From: a virus
Virus record (IMG/VR): IMGVR_UViG_3300005842_000485
Coordinates: 1-64,000 of that record
Length of the DNA: 64,000 nucleotides
Direction: 5' to 3' (one strand)
Positions 56,173 to 64,000 of this stretch are shown here, piece by piece (position 1 is the stretch's first letter; each line of letters starts with the position of its first letter). The translations under genes were made by a program, and so were the position numbers. Below the pieces are notes generated by a model. It was not told the DNA's origin, did no database searches, and was given only the letters and a program-made list of their open reading frames with translations.

Positions 56173-56964
56173 TTACGTGGTGATGCGCCCCTCCTTCACC
56201 GCCTTGTCGATCTCGGGTTGATGTGCCTTGTAGAAGGCAAAGTCCTCGATCTGCTGGCGGCTGAACGTCGTTGCTCCTGCAACCGCAGCGGGACTTGTCG
56301 CGGCCGATCCAGCTCCGGCTTTACCGGAGAAGGGAGACTTCGCGATGTAGTCGTTCGCTGCGAGGAATTGCTGGACTTTGGCGTGGAGGGGGGTGCCAAC
56401 GTCGCCGTCCACGACGACCTCTTTGGTCGCGGGATCGACGCTGACGGTGTGCTTATTCTTGAAGAGGACGACGGCCGCTTCCGCATTCTCGGCGGTATCC
56501 GAGAAGAGGGCGAGCAGCGCGTTGTCGATCTTCGATGTCTCGATCGCTTTCTTCAGTTGGTCGCGTTCGGCCTCGGCTGCGGCCTTGGCTTCTTCAAGCG
56601 TCTTCCGGTCGCGTTCGGCCTTCTCGCGATCGAGGGCGATGATCTTCTCAAACTCGCCCTTCTCTTCGAGGCGCTTGCGCTCCTTCTCTTCCTGCTCCCG
56701 TTTCACCGCGTCTTCTTTGTCGCGGTAGGACTTCAGGAGGTCGTCGCGCTCTTTCAACTGGGTCTGCCAGTTCGCTTCGGCGTCTTCACGCGCTTTCTTC
56801 TCTCGCGCGACGCGCTTCGAGATCATCTCGTCGATCTCGGCTTGGGTAAGAGCTTTCGTCTCCGGTTTATCGCCATCCGTGGGCGCCTGCGCTGGGTCCG
56901 CGGCAGGGGGCGTGGTGACCGGCTCCGTTGCGGGAGGGGTCGCAGTGTTTGGCTCTTCAGCCAT
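56173..56964 (-). CDS. Capsid scaffolding protein
   Basis: TQAEID.MI..R..RE coiled coil; AGAGS; EI.KA..EGRI tail. Confidence 0.85.
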   Translation of the reverse strand: MAEEPNTATPPATEPVTTPPAADPAQAPTDGDKPETKALTQAEIDEMISKRVAREKKAREDAEANWQTQLKERDDLLKSYRDKEDAVKREQEEKERKRLEEKGEFEKIIALDREKAERDRKTLEEAKAAAEAERDQLKKAIETSKIDNALLALFSDTAENAEAAVVLFKNKHTVSVDPATKEVVVDGDVGTPLHAKVQQFLAANDYIAKSPFSGKAGAGSAATSPAAVAGATTFSRQQIEDFAFYKAHQPEIDKAVKEGRITT

Positions 56965-57155
56965 AGGAGTAGTGAGGAATGAAATGCCGTGTGTACGTGC
57001 GTCCACGCGCAGGAGGGGCCTGCCCTGCGAGCAGTAAGGTCTGATTGCTAGATGGAACCGCCGTTCAATTCGGCGGGACTGGATGTGAAGGATCGCTGTG
57101 ACGCTGCGTGTGGATGCGCTGTCAGGCTTACTTCACGGTCGATGCGCGGGGGCCG

Positions 57156-57764
57156 TCAACACTCGAACGAATGAGAGACAGAGACGGAGGTGATGAGCCG
57201 GGGCGCGCCAATGTGGGTTGCGAGTCCGTGCTTCTTCGCGTCACGGGCGTTCCAGTACAGGTCTGCATGTTTGTTCTGGTCGATGAGTTTCGTGAAGTAG
57301 CCGGCGGGCTTCCCGCAGCTCTTCGCGACGCGCGAATAGACCACGTCTTGCAGTCGCTCAAGCTCCTTCACGTCCACCTTCATGTCCTCCGTCTTGCCAC
57401 CGATCTCGGAAGAGATGTCATGGAGCATGAACGTGGCGGAGGGCGCGGCGTAGCGTTGATGCCCGAGCGCAAAGAGGAGCGCGCCGCAGCTCATCGCTTT
57501 CGATTCGCAGATGGTGATGACGGGGAGCGTCGCACTGTCGATGATCGCGACCATTCCGAGAAGGGCGTAGGCATCGCCGCCGTAGGAATCGATGACCACA
57601 GGGATGACGGGCTGCCCGGTTTCGTGGGCACGGGACATCTCTTCCCCAAACCGCCCCAGGCTCGGTTCATCAAAGTCATTGACGGTGACTACGACCGGCC
57701 GACGCACCATGTCTTCGAGCTTCGATGGTAGAAGGCCATGGCCAGCTTGGAGGATGACGTTCAC
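57156..57764 (-). CDS. ClpP-like protease
   Basis: IDSYGG, AMSCG (Ser), MLHD (His), A.DA...GL. Confidence 0.85.
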   Translation of the reverse strand: MNVILQAGHGLLPSKLEDMVRRPVVVTVNDFDEPSLGRFGEEMSRAHETGQPVIPVVIDSYGGDAYALLGMVAIIDSATLPVITICESKAMSCGALLFALGHQRYAAPSATFMLHDISSEIGGKTEDMKVDVKELERLQDVVYSRVAKSCGKPAGYFTKLIDQNKHADLYWNARDAKKHGLATHIGAPRLITSVSVSHSFEC

Positions 57765-57850
57765 GCTCCGGGTCGGGAAAGAAGTGGGGCACCCCTCACG
57801 TTGCGTGTCGCGGAGCCGGACGGTCAAACGACGGTTAACGGCATGCAGAC

Positions 57851-57878
57851 GCGGAGCGCGGTAGATACCGCGCTCCGC
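57851..57878. terminator. Hairpin
   Basis: GCGGAGCGCGGT-agat-ACCGCGCTCCGC. Confidence 0.65.
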
Positions 57879-57890
57879 GAGACTCGTGGG

Positions 57891-58814
57891 CTACAGGGGC
57901 TTGGGAGCGGCGATGTACGGCTTGTGCGTCGCCTCCCACATCTTTTCCTCAATCCACCGATGCAGTTCGGCATTGCGCTGGCTGGCGGGTTTCGCGTCGA
58001 GGAGGTCTTTCACGCGTGCCATCAACTCAACCTCTTCCTTGTACGGTCCATCAACCCAGACCAGATCAGCAGATGTTCCAGTCTTCGTTGGGATGACAAC
58101 CTTCTCGACGACGAGCTTCACTGGAGAACCCTCCGGGTCTTTCAGGATGTCGATGACGGTTTCCACAACTTCCTGCCAGTCCGTCGGGTTGTGTGAAAGC
58201 TCCTTCTTCGGAATCTGACATTTCGGACGCGGCCATCCGCTCTTATAGCGGGCCTTCACCGCAACGGCGGCTGCTTGAAGTTCCTTGAGTTGCTGCTCGT
58301 AGGTAAGGGTAGATGGCTTGTGTGACGCAGCCATTTGCGATGGCAAATTCGGGCACGCGTGACTCCCGACCTTTACGGCGTCACTTTTGGTTGTCTTGCT
58401 ACCATCACCGTGGTCAACGTGACCGTTCACATTAGCGACAGATGACGAACTGCCGGTGGATGTCCGCCCGATCACCGCTGGTGTCGGTCGCTCGGTGGCC
58501 TTCGGCTTCGGGTCAGGTTTGGGCTTTTCCTTCGGTTTGTCCGGCTTCTGGTCGGGCGCGGTATATGTTGGGTGCTCTCCAGACATCTGAACGCTCGGCG
58601 CGCTCGGAGTGTTATGACTTGGCTGTTCGCGATCCACGTGCCCGACACTAGGATCGACCTGATGACCACCGCCACCCGCTCCGCCTGCTGAACCACCGCC
58701 GCCTCCTTCGCCCGTCATGCGGACAGACGGTCCGCCCAGACGCTCCGCGAACGCTAGGTGCGTCGGTAGCAAGCCAACGCAGAGAATGAGAAAGGCGATA
58801 CATGTACGTCGCAT
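57891..58814 (-). CDS. Secreted low-complexity moron protein
   Basis: AAGGAG SD, signal peptide, Gly/Pro/Lys-rich linker. Confidence 0.7.
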   Translation of the reverse strand: MRRTCIAFLILCVGLLPTHLAFAERLGGPSVRMTGEGGGGGSAGGAGGGGHQVDPSVGHVDREQPSHNTPSAPSVQMSGEHPTYTAPDQKPDKPKEKPKPDPKPKATERPTPAVIGRTSTGSSSSVANVNGHVDHGDGSKTTKSDAVKVGSHACPNLPSQMAASHKPSTLTYEQQLKELQAAAVAVKARYKSGWPRPKCQIPKKELSHNPTDWQEVVETVIDILKDPEGSPVKLVVEKVVIPTKTGTSADLVWVDGPYKEEVELMARVKDLLDAKPASQRNAELHRWIEEKMWEATHKPYIAAPKPL

Positions 58815-58961
58815 GGTTGCTCCTTCATACTGCGACGACAGACAAAGGCAATCGGTACGCCTACCAAGCCCAGCAGCCGCCAAGAATGGCAACTGCGTTT
58901 CCAAGATCAGGTGGACTTCACCGGATTGACACACGGCTGTGGTCGATTCGGCATCGGCGCC

Positions 58962-59771
58962 CTACGCAGCTTCGACGTAGTGATCCACGTCGAGCCAGCA
59001 GCGGCAATTCGGGTCAGACAGTGCATCCAAGGCTTCGGATACGGGCCGCGCTTCGGAAATTTGGATTTCGACTTCATCTTCGACGAAGAACTGGCCCTCT
59101 AACGCTTCGTGGCTGTCTCTCACCCGGTCATCGCCCTGCGTGTGGTAGATGAGGACGGTGATGATCCCGGTCTCTTTGCGGATGAGGTAGGCAGCTTCTT
59201 CGGCCACGCGGCCGTTGAGCCGCGTGAGCTCGGACTGGACGAGACGGCGCGCAGCGTAGGCCGGGCCCGCGGCGCCGGTGGACACTCCGACGTAATACTG
59301 CTCGACGGCGTGGATGAGATGCTCTGGGGCCGCGCCCTGCCGCAAGCCCAAGACGAAGCGCTGGCGAAGCGCCGTGCGTTCTGCTCCGCTCAGAAGCGAG
59401 ATGCGTTGCCCGACGTTCTTTCCTGCGATGACGGCGCGTTCGGCTTGCTGCGTCAGCCGTTGGATCGTCTTCGTGGAGAAGATGGGGACAGCAGAGCGGG
59501 CGGCTTGATAGCGCAGCGTGGCATCCGCAATCCCTTCGTACCCGGACGCCAGCTGTGAACGGAGTGCTGCGCGTTGCGCCGCGAGGACGCCATCGGTGGC
59601 GCGCATGAGCGGCGCGAGGCTGCGGATGCCGGAGGGCTGAAGCTCTCGAATCGCATCGACGAGCTCTCCAGGTGTCGAGGCGACCACCCGGACAGCACCG
59701 CGCTCCGTCCGCAAGTAGGTACGGAGGAGCTGCAGGCGGTACTGCGCCGCAGCGGGAGGAAGCTGCGGCAC
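58962..59771 (-). CDS. Minor head protein (MuF/SPP1 gp7)
   Basis: RL..SE, DDRVRDSH..LEG, PNCRC. Confidence 0.85.
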   Translation of the reverse strand: MPQLPPAAAQYRLQLLRTYLRTERGAVRVVASTPGELVDAIRELQPSGIRSLAPLMRATDGVLAAQRAALRSQLASGYEGIADATLRYQAARSAVPIFSTKTIQRLTQQAERAVIAGKNVGQRISLLSGAERTALRQRFVLGLRQGAAPEHLIHAVEQYYVGVSTGAAGPAYAARRLVQSELTRLNGRVAEEAAYLIRKETGIITVLIYHTQGDDRVRDSHEALEGQFFVEDEVEIQISEARPVSEALDALSDPNCRCWLDVDHYVEAA

Positions 59772-59774
59772 GGG

Positions 59775-61256
59775 CTACGCGGCAGGACTGATAGTCGCCT
59801 GGGTATCGCGGCCTGCCACGGCTTCCGATGCCTGGGAGAAGCTCTTCGTCAGCGCTTGCTCGAGCTGGTTATCGTCTGGGGTTGTGTCGATCTCTTCGTC
59901 GATCTTGGTGTCGGTCGCTTCGTCGAGGCCAGGGAAGGTCTCGTCCACAACGCGTTTCTTCACCAAGCGATTGAAGGTGGGTGAGACGTTGAGACTAAAG
60001 AGGCCCAGCGATTCGTCGATGGTGTCCGCAAGCGTCGTGACGTTGAAATCCGTTGGGTAGGTGATGGAGACGGGCACCTCGTCCTTGTTCATCCACTTGT
60101 AGAAAAGCCGGATGATCTTGCGCTCGCCGTCTTCGAGGTTCTTGGCGATCTTCGCGAAGGCGCTGTTGGACTCGTGGAACTCGTAGGCATGGGCGATCCC
60201 GGATTTCTCGGACGAGGTGCTCTTTCGGTCCTGGAGCTTCGCCATCTCGATCAGCTCACGGTGGGCGTCCTCGATCCGCTGCATGATGATCTCGGCGGGA
60301 TTCGAGGGCGGTGTGATGTAGGAGGGCGGGCTCGTGCCGGCAGGGAAGAACAGCCCCTTCTGCGTGCCGAGCGCTTGCGTGAGCGATTTGATCTTTTCCG
60401 GGGTCGTCTCCCCGTCGATCGGGAGCGCGAGGATATTGAATGCCTGGCGGTACAAAAACTCGTCCAGGAGCGATTGGTAGTTGTAGATGGCCCGGTTGAG
60501 GATCGAGGTATCGACGACGACCGACTCGCCGACTTCGAGGTACTGCAAGTGTTCCTTCGCCGGCGTGAACACGGCAGGGACTTCACCGAGGCCATGATCG
60601 CCGCGGTCGAGTTCTTGGCCATCCTCGTTGTGGACGATGAACTCCGTTCGCGTCCAGGTGCGGTAAATCTTCGTGGGTGTAACCCGAGAGGCGAATGGCG
60701 CCGAGGTATCTGCGGCCGTCTCGCAGACGCGAACCCAGAGGTAGCTGCCGTTCGCGTCGATTGCCCAGTCCACGACCTCAAGGGGGCTGTAGACGCGCAG
60801 GTAGGGACGTATGCCGAGGGTGCGGTCTTGGCGGCGGGTCTTGGATTTCGTTGCGTCGCTCGGCAGGTCAACGATGGTCACCGTGTGGCCTTGGATCATG
60901 CCGACCTTGCCCACCTGCTCGGCCATGATCTGTGAAAGCGGCGTCCCCTTGCGGTCGGCATCGTTCTCAAACTCCCGGAAGAGCGCGTCGTCAGTCTGGC
61001 GTTCGATGGGCTCCTTGAAGATGAAGGACGAGTAGATGTCCACCTGCTTGCGGACGAGGTTCGTGAAGGTCGCGCGGTTCAGCCGATCCCCGTAGTCATG
61101 CTCGGTTTCGCGGGCATGCCGGAACAGGTAGGCGGACTTTCGGGTGTACGTGTCGCCGCCTTGGTAGGAGTCCACGTAAAACTCCCAATCGGGCGAAAGC
61201 TGCTGATAGAGAGGGTGCGTCTCCTTCAGACGCGCAGCGATGCTGCTGTCGGCCAT
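59775..61256 (-). CDS. Portal protein
   Basis: HP.Y..W..Y.GG, YL....E...Y..R..RA, HGLGEVP, SG.A. Confidence 0.9.
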   Translation of the reverse strand: MADSSIAARLKETHPLYQQLSPDWEFYVDSYQGGDTYTRKSAYLFRHARETEHDYGDRLNRATFTNLVRKQVDIYSSFIFKEPIERQTDDALFREFENDADRKGTPLSQIMAEQVGKVGMIQGHTVTIVDLPSDATKSKTRRQDRTLGIRPYLRVYSPLEVVDWAIDANGSYLWVRVCETAADTSAPFASRVTPTKIYRTWTRTEFIVHNEDGQELDRGDHGLGEVPAVFTPAKEHLQYLEVGESVVVDTSILNRAIYNYQSLLDEFLYRQAFNILALPIDGETTPEKIKSLTQALGTQKGLFFPAGTSPPSYITPPSNPAEIIMQRIEDAHRELIEMAKLQDRKSTSSEKSGIAHAYEFHESNSAFAKIAKNLEDGERKIIRLFYKWMNKDEVPVSITYPTDFNVTTLADTIDESLGLFSLNVSPTFNRLVKKRVVDETFPGLDEATDTKIDEEIDTTPDDNQLEQALTKSFSQASEAVAGRDTQATISPAA

Positions 61257-61313
61257 GCGTGGTGCGGGGGAATCACTGGAACCCTAGCGGTGCTTGCGGA
61301 AGGCCGTCGAGCC

Positions 61314-62930
61314 TTAGCCGTCGAACGTGAAGGTGGAAACCATGGAGGCGAGGCCGACTTCCTCGGCGAGCATAAGGCAGTAGACGACGACATCCATCGC
61401 GTCATCGTGCTTCGGCTTGATCTTGCCGTCTCGGGTGTAGCCGCAGACCTCATCGACCGCGAAGGCATGCTTTTGCTTCTGCATGTAGACGCGGCCTTGC
61501 TCGAACGTCGGCTGGTGCCTGGTGAGCCGGAAGATCTTGTCGGTGACCGGGCGTAGCTCGCGGGTCGGGATTGAGAGGCCTGCGGCGGTTGCGGCGCGGT
61601 CGATGCCTTGCTTGAGCGCTTTCTGGTACATGACAGTCTCGATGCCGAGCGTCTGGATGCGATCTCCGACGCGCTGCCGCCATTCGACGTGCTTCTGTAC
61701 TGCCCCCGTCACTTGGCGGTCGTAGGGCATCCGGTCGTGGATGAAGTCGAGGAACCACCGCGTCCCGTTCGGGTGCGCGGCCATGACCCCCATGGCGAAG
61801 AAGTCGGCCGTGTTCTTCTCCGAGATGGCCGGATCGATGGCTTCATACAGCAGGCATTCCGAGAGCTTCACGACCACGCCGTTGTGGCCGATGAGGTACG
61901 TCTCTGTTTTGCCATCTTCGACCACGGTCTCCAGCCGGAAGTCGTGGATCTGCGTGGGCGTGACAATCTGGTTGCCCGATGCAACCGGCTCGCTCTGGAA
62001 CTCGGTCGCGAACCGTGTCGATCCGATCAGGCGACGGGTGCTCCAGAGATCGAAGTAGTCGTGGCGCGCCGGCCACAGCACCACCGCACCCGTATCCATC
62101 GCATCCCGATGCGCTTCGTAGAATGCGCGCGAGGCGTCCACACCCACGCCCCCGTCGTTCTGCGCTCGGGCCCAGACGACGGCGCACTCCTCCCAGAGGG
62201 CTTGGTTGGTGGGCTCGCGGATAATCGCTTGCTTCTTGATGACCTGGTAGCCGCCAGACGCGGCCACGCGCGCCATCGCTGCGTCTTCGTGCAGCATCGT
62301 TCCGACCCAGATCACGCGTCCGACGTGCGGATCGCGCATCGGGAAGATCTCGGCTTCCCACCACTCTTGCGTGTTGTCGCGCAGGTCGGTGGTGGCGATG
62401 GTCTTCAGGTTCTCAATGTCGTCGCCGAGAACGAGATCAGGACGCTGTTCCTCGTCACGAGACCCACGGTCAGAGGAGCCGTGCGACGAACAGGAAATCT
62501 GGCCACCGGAGGCGAAGACTAGTTCGTGCCCGTTGTCCGTCTCGATCTTGAGTTCTTGGCCGAAGTCACGGAGAAGTCGCGCATATCGGCCGTTCTTATT
62601 GGTGGCCGCACGGCGGATGTTGCGCAAGATCTTCGTGGCCTGCTTGTCGGTTTCGGAGAAGAGGATCTGGTAGCGCTTCCTAGCTGTGACGTGATTCCAG
62701 AGTGGATAGATCAGCGACACCCACGTGGTCTTCGCGTGGTCGCGCGGCCAGTAGACGACGAGATGCCCATTGCCGCCTTGGAGTTCCTTGATGATCTCCA
62801 GGTGGAAGTCCGGAATCGGGCCAGAGATGTAGTGTGGGAAGTAGTACGCGCCGAAGACCGCAAGAGAATTGCGGGCAATCTTCCGCGCTAGCCTCGGTAC
62901 GAACGTATGGGGCGAATGTGAATGCTGCCC
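61314..62930 (-). CDS. terL: Terminase large subunit (open frame; start codon unclear)
   Basis: YFPHY, PRDHAKT Walker A, RPDL..GDDIE, GT..HED, AIDPA, HDD.MD. Confidence 0.92.
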   Translation of the reverse strand, partial: GQHSHSPHTFVPRLARKIARNSLAVFGAYYFPHYISGPIPDFHLEIIKELQGGNGHLVVYWPRDHAKTTWVSLIYPLWNHVTARKRYQILFSETDKQATKILRNIRRAATNKNGRYARLLRDFGQELKIETDNGHELVFASGGQISCSSHGSSDRGSRDEEQRPDLVLGDDIENLKTIATTDLRDNTQEWWEAEIFPMRDPHVGRVIWVGTMLHEDAAMARVAASGGYQVIKKQAIIREPTNQALWEECAVVWARAQNDGGVGVDASRAFYEAHRDAMDTGAVVLWPARHDYFDLWSTRRLIGSTRFATEFQSEPVASGNQIVTPTQIHDFRLETVVEDGKTETYLIGHNGVVVKLSECLLYEAIDPAISEKNTADFFAMGVMAAHPNGTRWFLDFIHDRMPYDRQVTGAVQKHVEWRQRVGDRIQTLGIETVMYQKALKQGIDRAATAAGLSIPTRELRPVTDKIFRLTRHQPTFEQGRVYMQKQKHAFAVDEVCGYTRDGKIKPKHDDAMDVVVYCLMLAEEVGLASMVSTFTFDG

Positions 62931-62975
62931 TTACGCTGCCTATGGCTTACGGGAGCGGTCAACGCGCCGGAGCGG

Positions 62976-63548
62976 TCAGCCGCGCGTGGGATTAGGGCCT
63001 TTCGGTAGATCAATATGGAACACGAAGCGAGCGATGGCGAGCAGGGTTCCACCGACGACCAACCCCACCCCGAGGCCGCAGCGAAACTCGAACGGCAGTC
63101 TCGTCAGGAACACGAGGATTGGCGAGAAGGCGAGTGCGCCCAGCCCTTGGACCCAGTGCAGAACGTAGAGCCAGCGCGTTTGGCGTATCACCGTGCGCTT
63201 CACGTCGATGCGGCCGCCATCGGACTCCCAGAGACCGGTGTCCATGTCTTCGATCCGCTTGGTCAGTGCTTCGTGGAGTCGAGCCGCTCGGCTTGCCTCG
63301 GCCGACTGGATGTACGCGACGATGCCCGTCACCACCGCATACGCAGCAAATAGCCCAGCCGTGCCTCCGGCCGCTGAGAGCAGGAACGAGCGGTAGCGGA
63401 TGAGCGGGAGAATGAAGGCGAGCGCTGCACCTGTCGTCGCTACAAGGAGGTAGACAGAGGCGAGGCGACCCATCCGCCACGCCACGACAACCACCGGGTT
63501 TCGGTCCTCAGGGATTGGACGGACAATTTGAATTGCGCTGAGGTTCAT
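62976..63548 (-). CDS. 4-TM moron protein
   Basis: Four hydrophobic helices; ATGA overlap. Confidence 0.65.
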   Translation of the reverse strand: MNLSAIQIVRPIPEDRNPVVVVAWRMGRLASVYLLVATTGAALAFILPLIRYRSFLLSAAGGTAGLFAAYAVVTGIVAYIQSAEASRAARLHEALTKRIEDMDTGLWESDGGRIDVKRTVIRQTRWLYVLHWVQGLGALAFSPILVFLTRLPFEFRCGLGVGLVVGGTLLAIARFVFHIDLPKGPNPTRG

Positions 63549-63883
63549 ACGCCGTGCTTCCCGAGGTACGCGCGAACGACGGCAGTGACCCCGACAACAC
63601 CGACGCCCACGAGGAGGGCGAAGTCCGCGCCGTCGAAGAGGACTTCCATCTCGACGAGGTGAAAGAACACCTTGTTCTGCGGAACACCGAGGATGTGCGT
63701 GAGGCCCCAATGGAAGGCTTGGATCACGGCGAAGATCCCAAACAGAAGGATGGCGTGCGCGACCCACTCCGCGAACGCCCGTAGACAGCGGTCGCCCAGC
63801 TTTCGAAGAAACGCACCGAACGGGATCGGTAGGGCTGGCAGCACTGGTGCGGCCGGCACCGCCGGCTTCGCGTGATTGGCCAT
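63545..63883 (-). CDS. 2-TM moron protein
   Basis: Two hydrophobic helices. Confidence 0.65.
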   Translation of the reverse strand: MANHAKPAVPAAPVLPALPIPFGAFLRKLGDRCLRAFAEWVAHAILLFGIFAVIQAFHWGLTHILGVPQNKVFFHLVEMEVLFDGADFALLVGVGVVGVTAVVRAYLGKHGV

Positions 63884-64000
63884 TAGTTGTGAAGCTAGTG
63901 TAGCCCGGATCGTTCCGGAAAGATGTCAGTCGCCCGTTTCATCTCGACGCTGCCGGAGCATGTATTCGGTGCGAAAAACGACTTCCCCGAGCTTCACCAG

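Larger units (their letters stand above)
1..64000. mobile_element. Temperate siphovirus-like phage/prophage (ends not visible)
   Basis: Integrase, replication, lysis and near-complete head-tail modules; no host housekeeping operons. Confidence 0.95.

Noticed and set aside
1-64000. CRISPR array, att sites, stop-codon recoding
   Set aside because: No regularly spaced repeats seen; no att core identifiable without flanks; long genes are intact in the standard code
63926-64000. 3' end of a minus-strand ORF (..VFRTEYMLRQRRDETGD*) as terS
   Set aside because: Too short to assign

Overview
A GC-rich temperate siphovirus-type phage or prophage segment. From left to right it holds: a tyrosine integrase; a leftward replication operon (SSB, small ORFs, HTH initiator with internal iteron-like repeats, DnaB, RNase HI, a DnaB remnant); and a rightward early/middle region (many small membrane proteins, CHAP amidase, lytic transglycosylase, dNMP kinase, phosphoesterase, RuvC, HNH, primase). 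Next come a leftward lysis cassette (M15 endolysin, holin), accessory blocks (XRE regulators, MTase-nuclease fusion, S1/P1 nuclease, Nin-like small-ORF cluster, tandem secreted paralogs) and a leftward virion operon from terminase to tail fibres. The most unusual elements are two large ORF-poor, densely base-paired regions. One is a ~370-nt pseudoknotted + strand RNA candidate at 6.6-7.0 kb, antisense within the replication operon. The other is an ~870-nt multi-domain block at 18.6-19.5 kb with an aberrant tRNA-like element embedded. Also notable are two interleaved translation-initiation styles (C-rich SD-less backbone genes versus SD-led inserts), a probable -1 frameshift fusing a membrane coiled-coil to CHAP, and a terminase with no canonical start codon. 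All calls and base-pairings were read by eye; no searches or folding programs were run.
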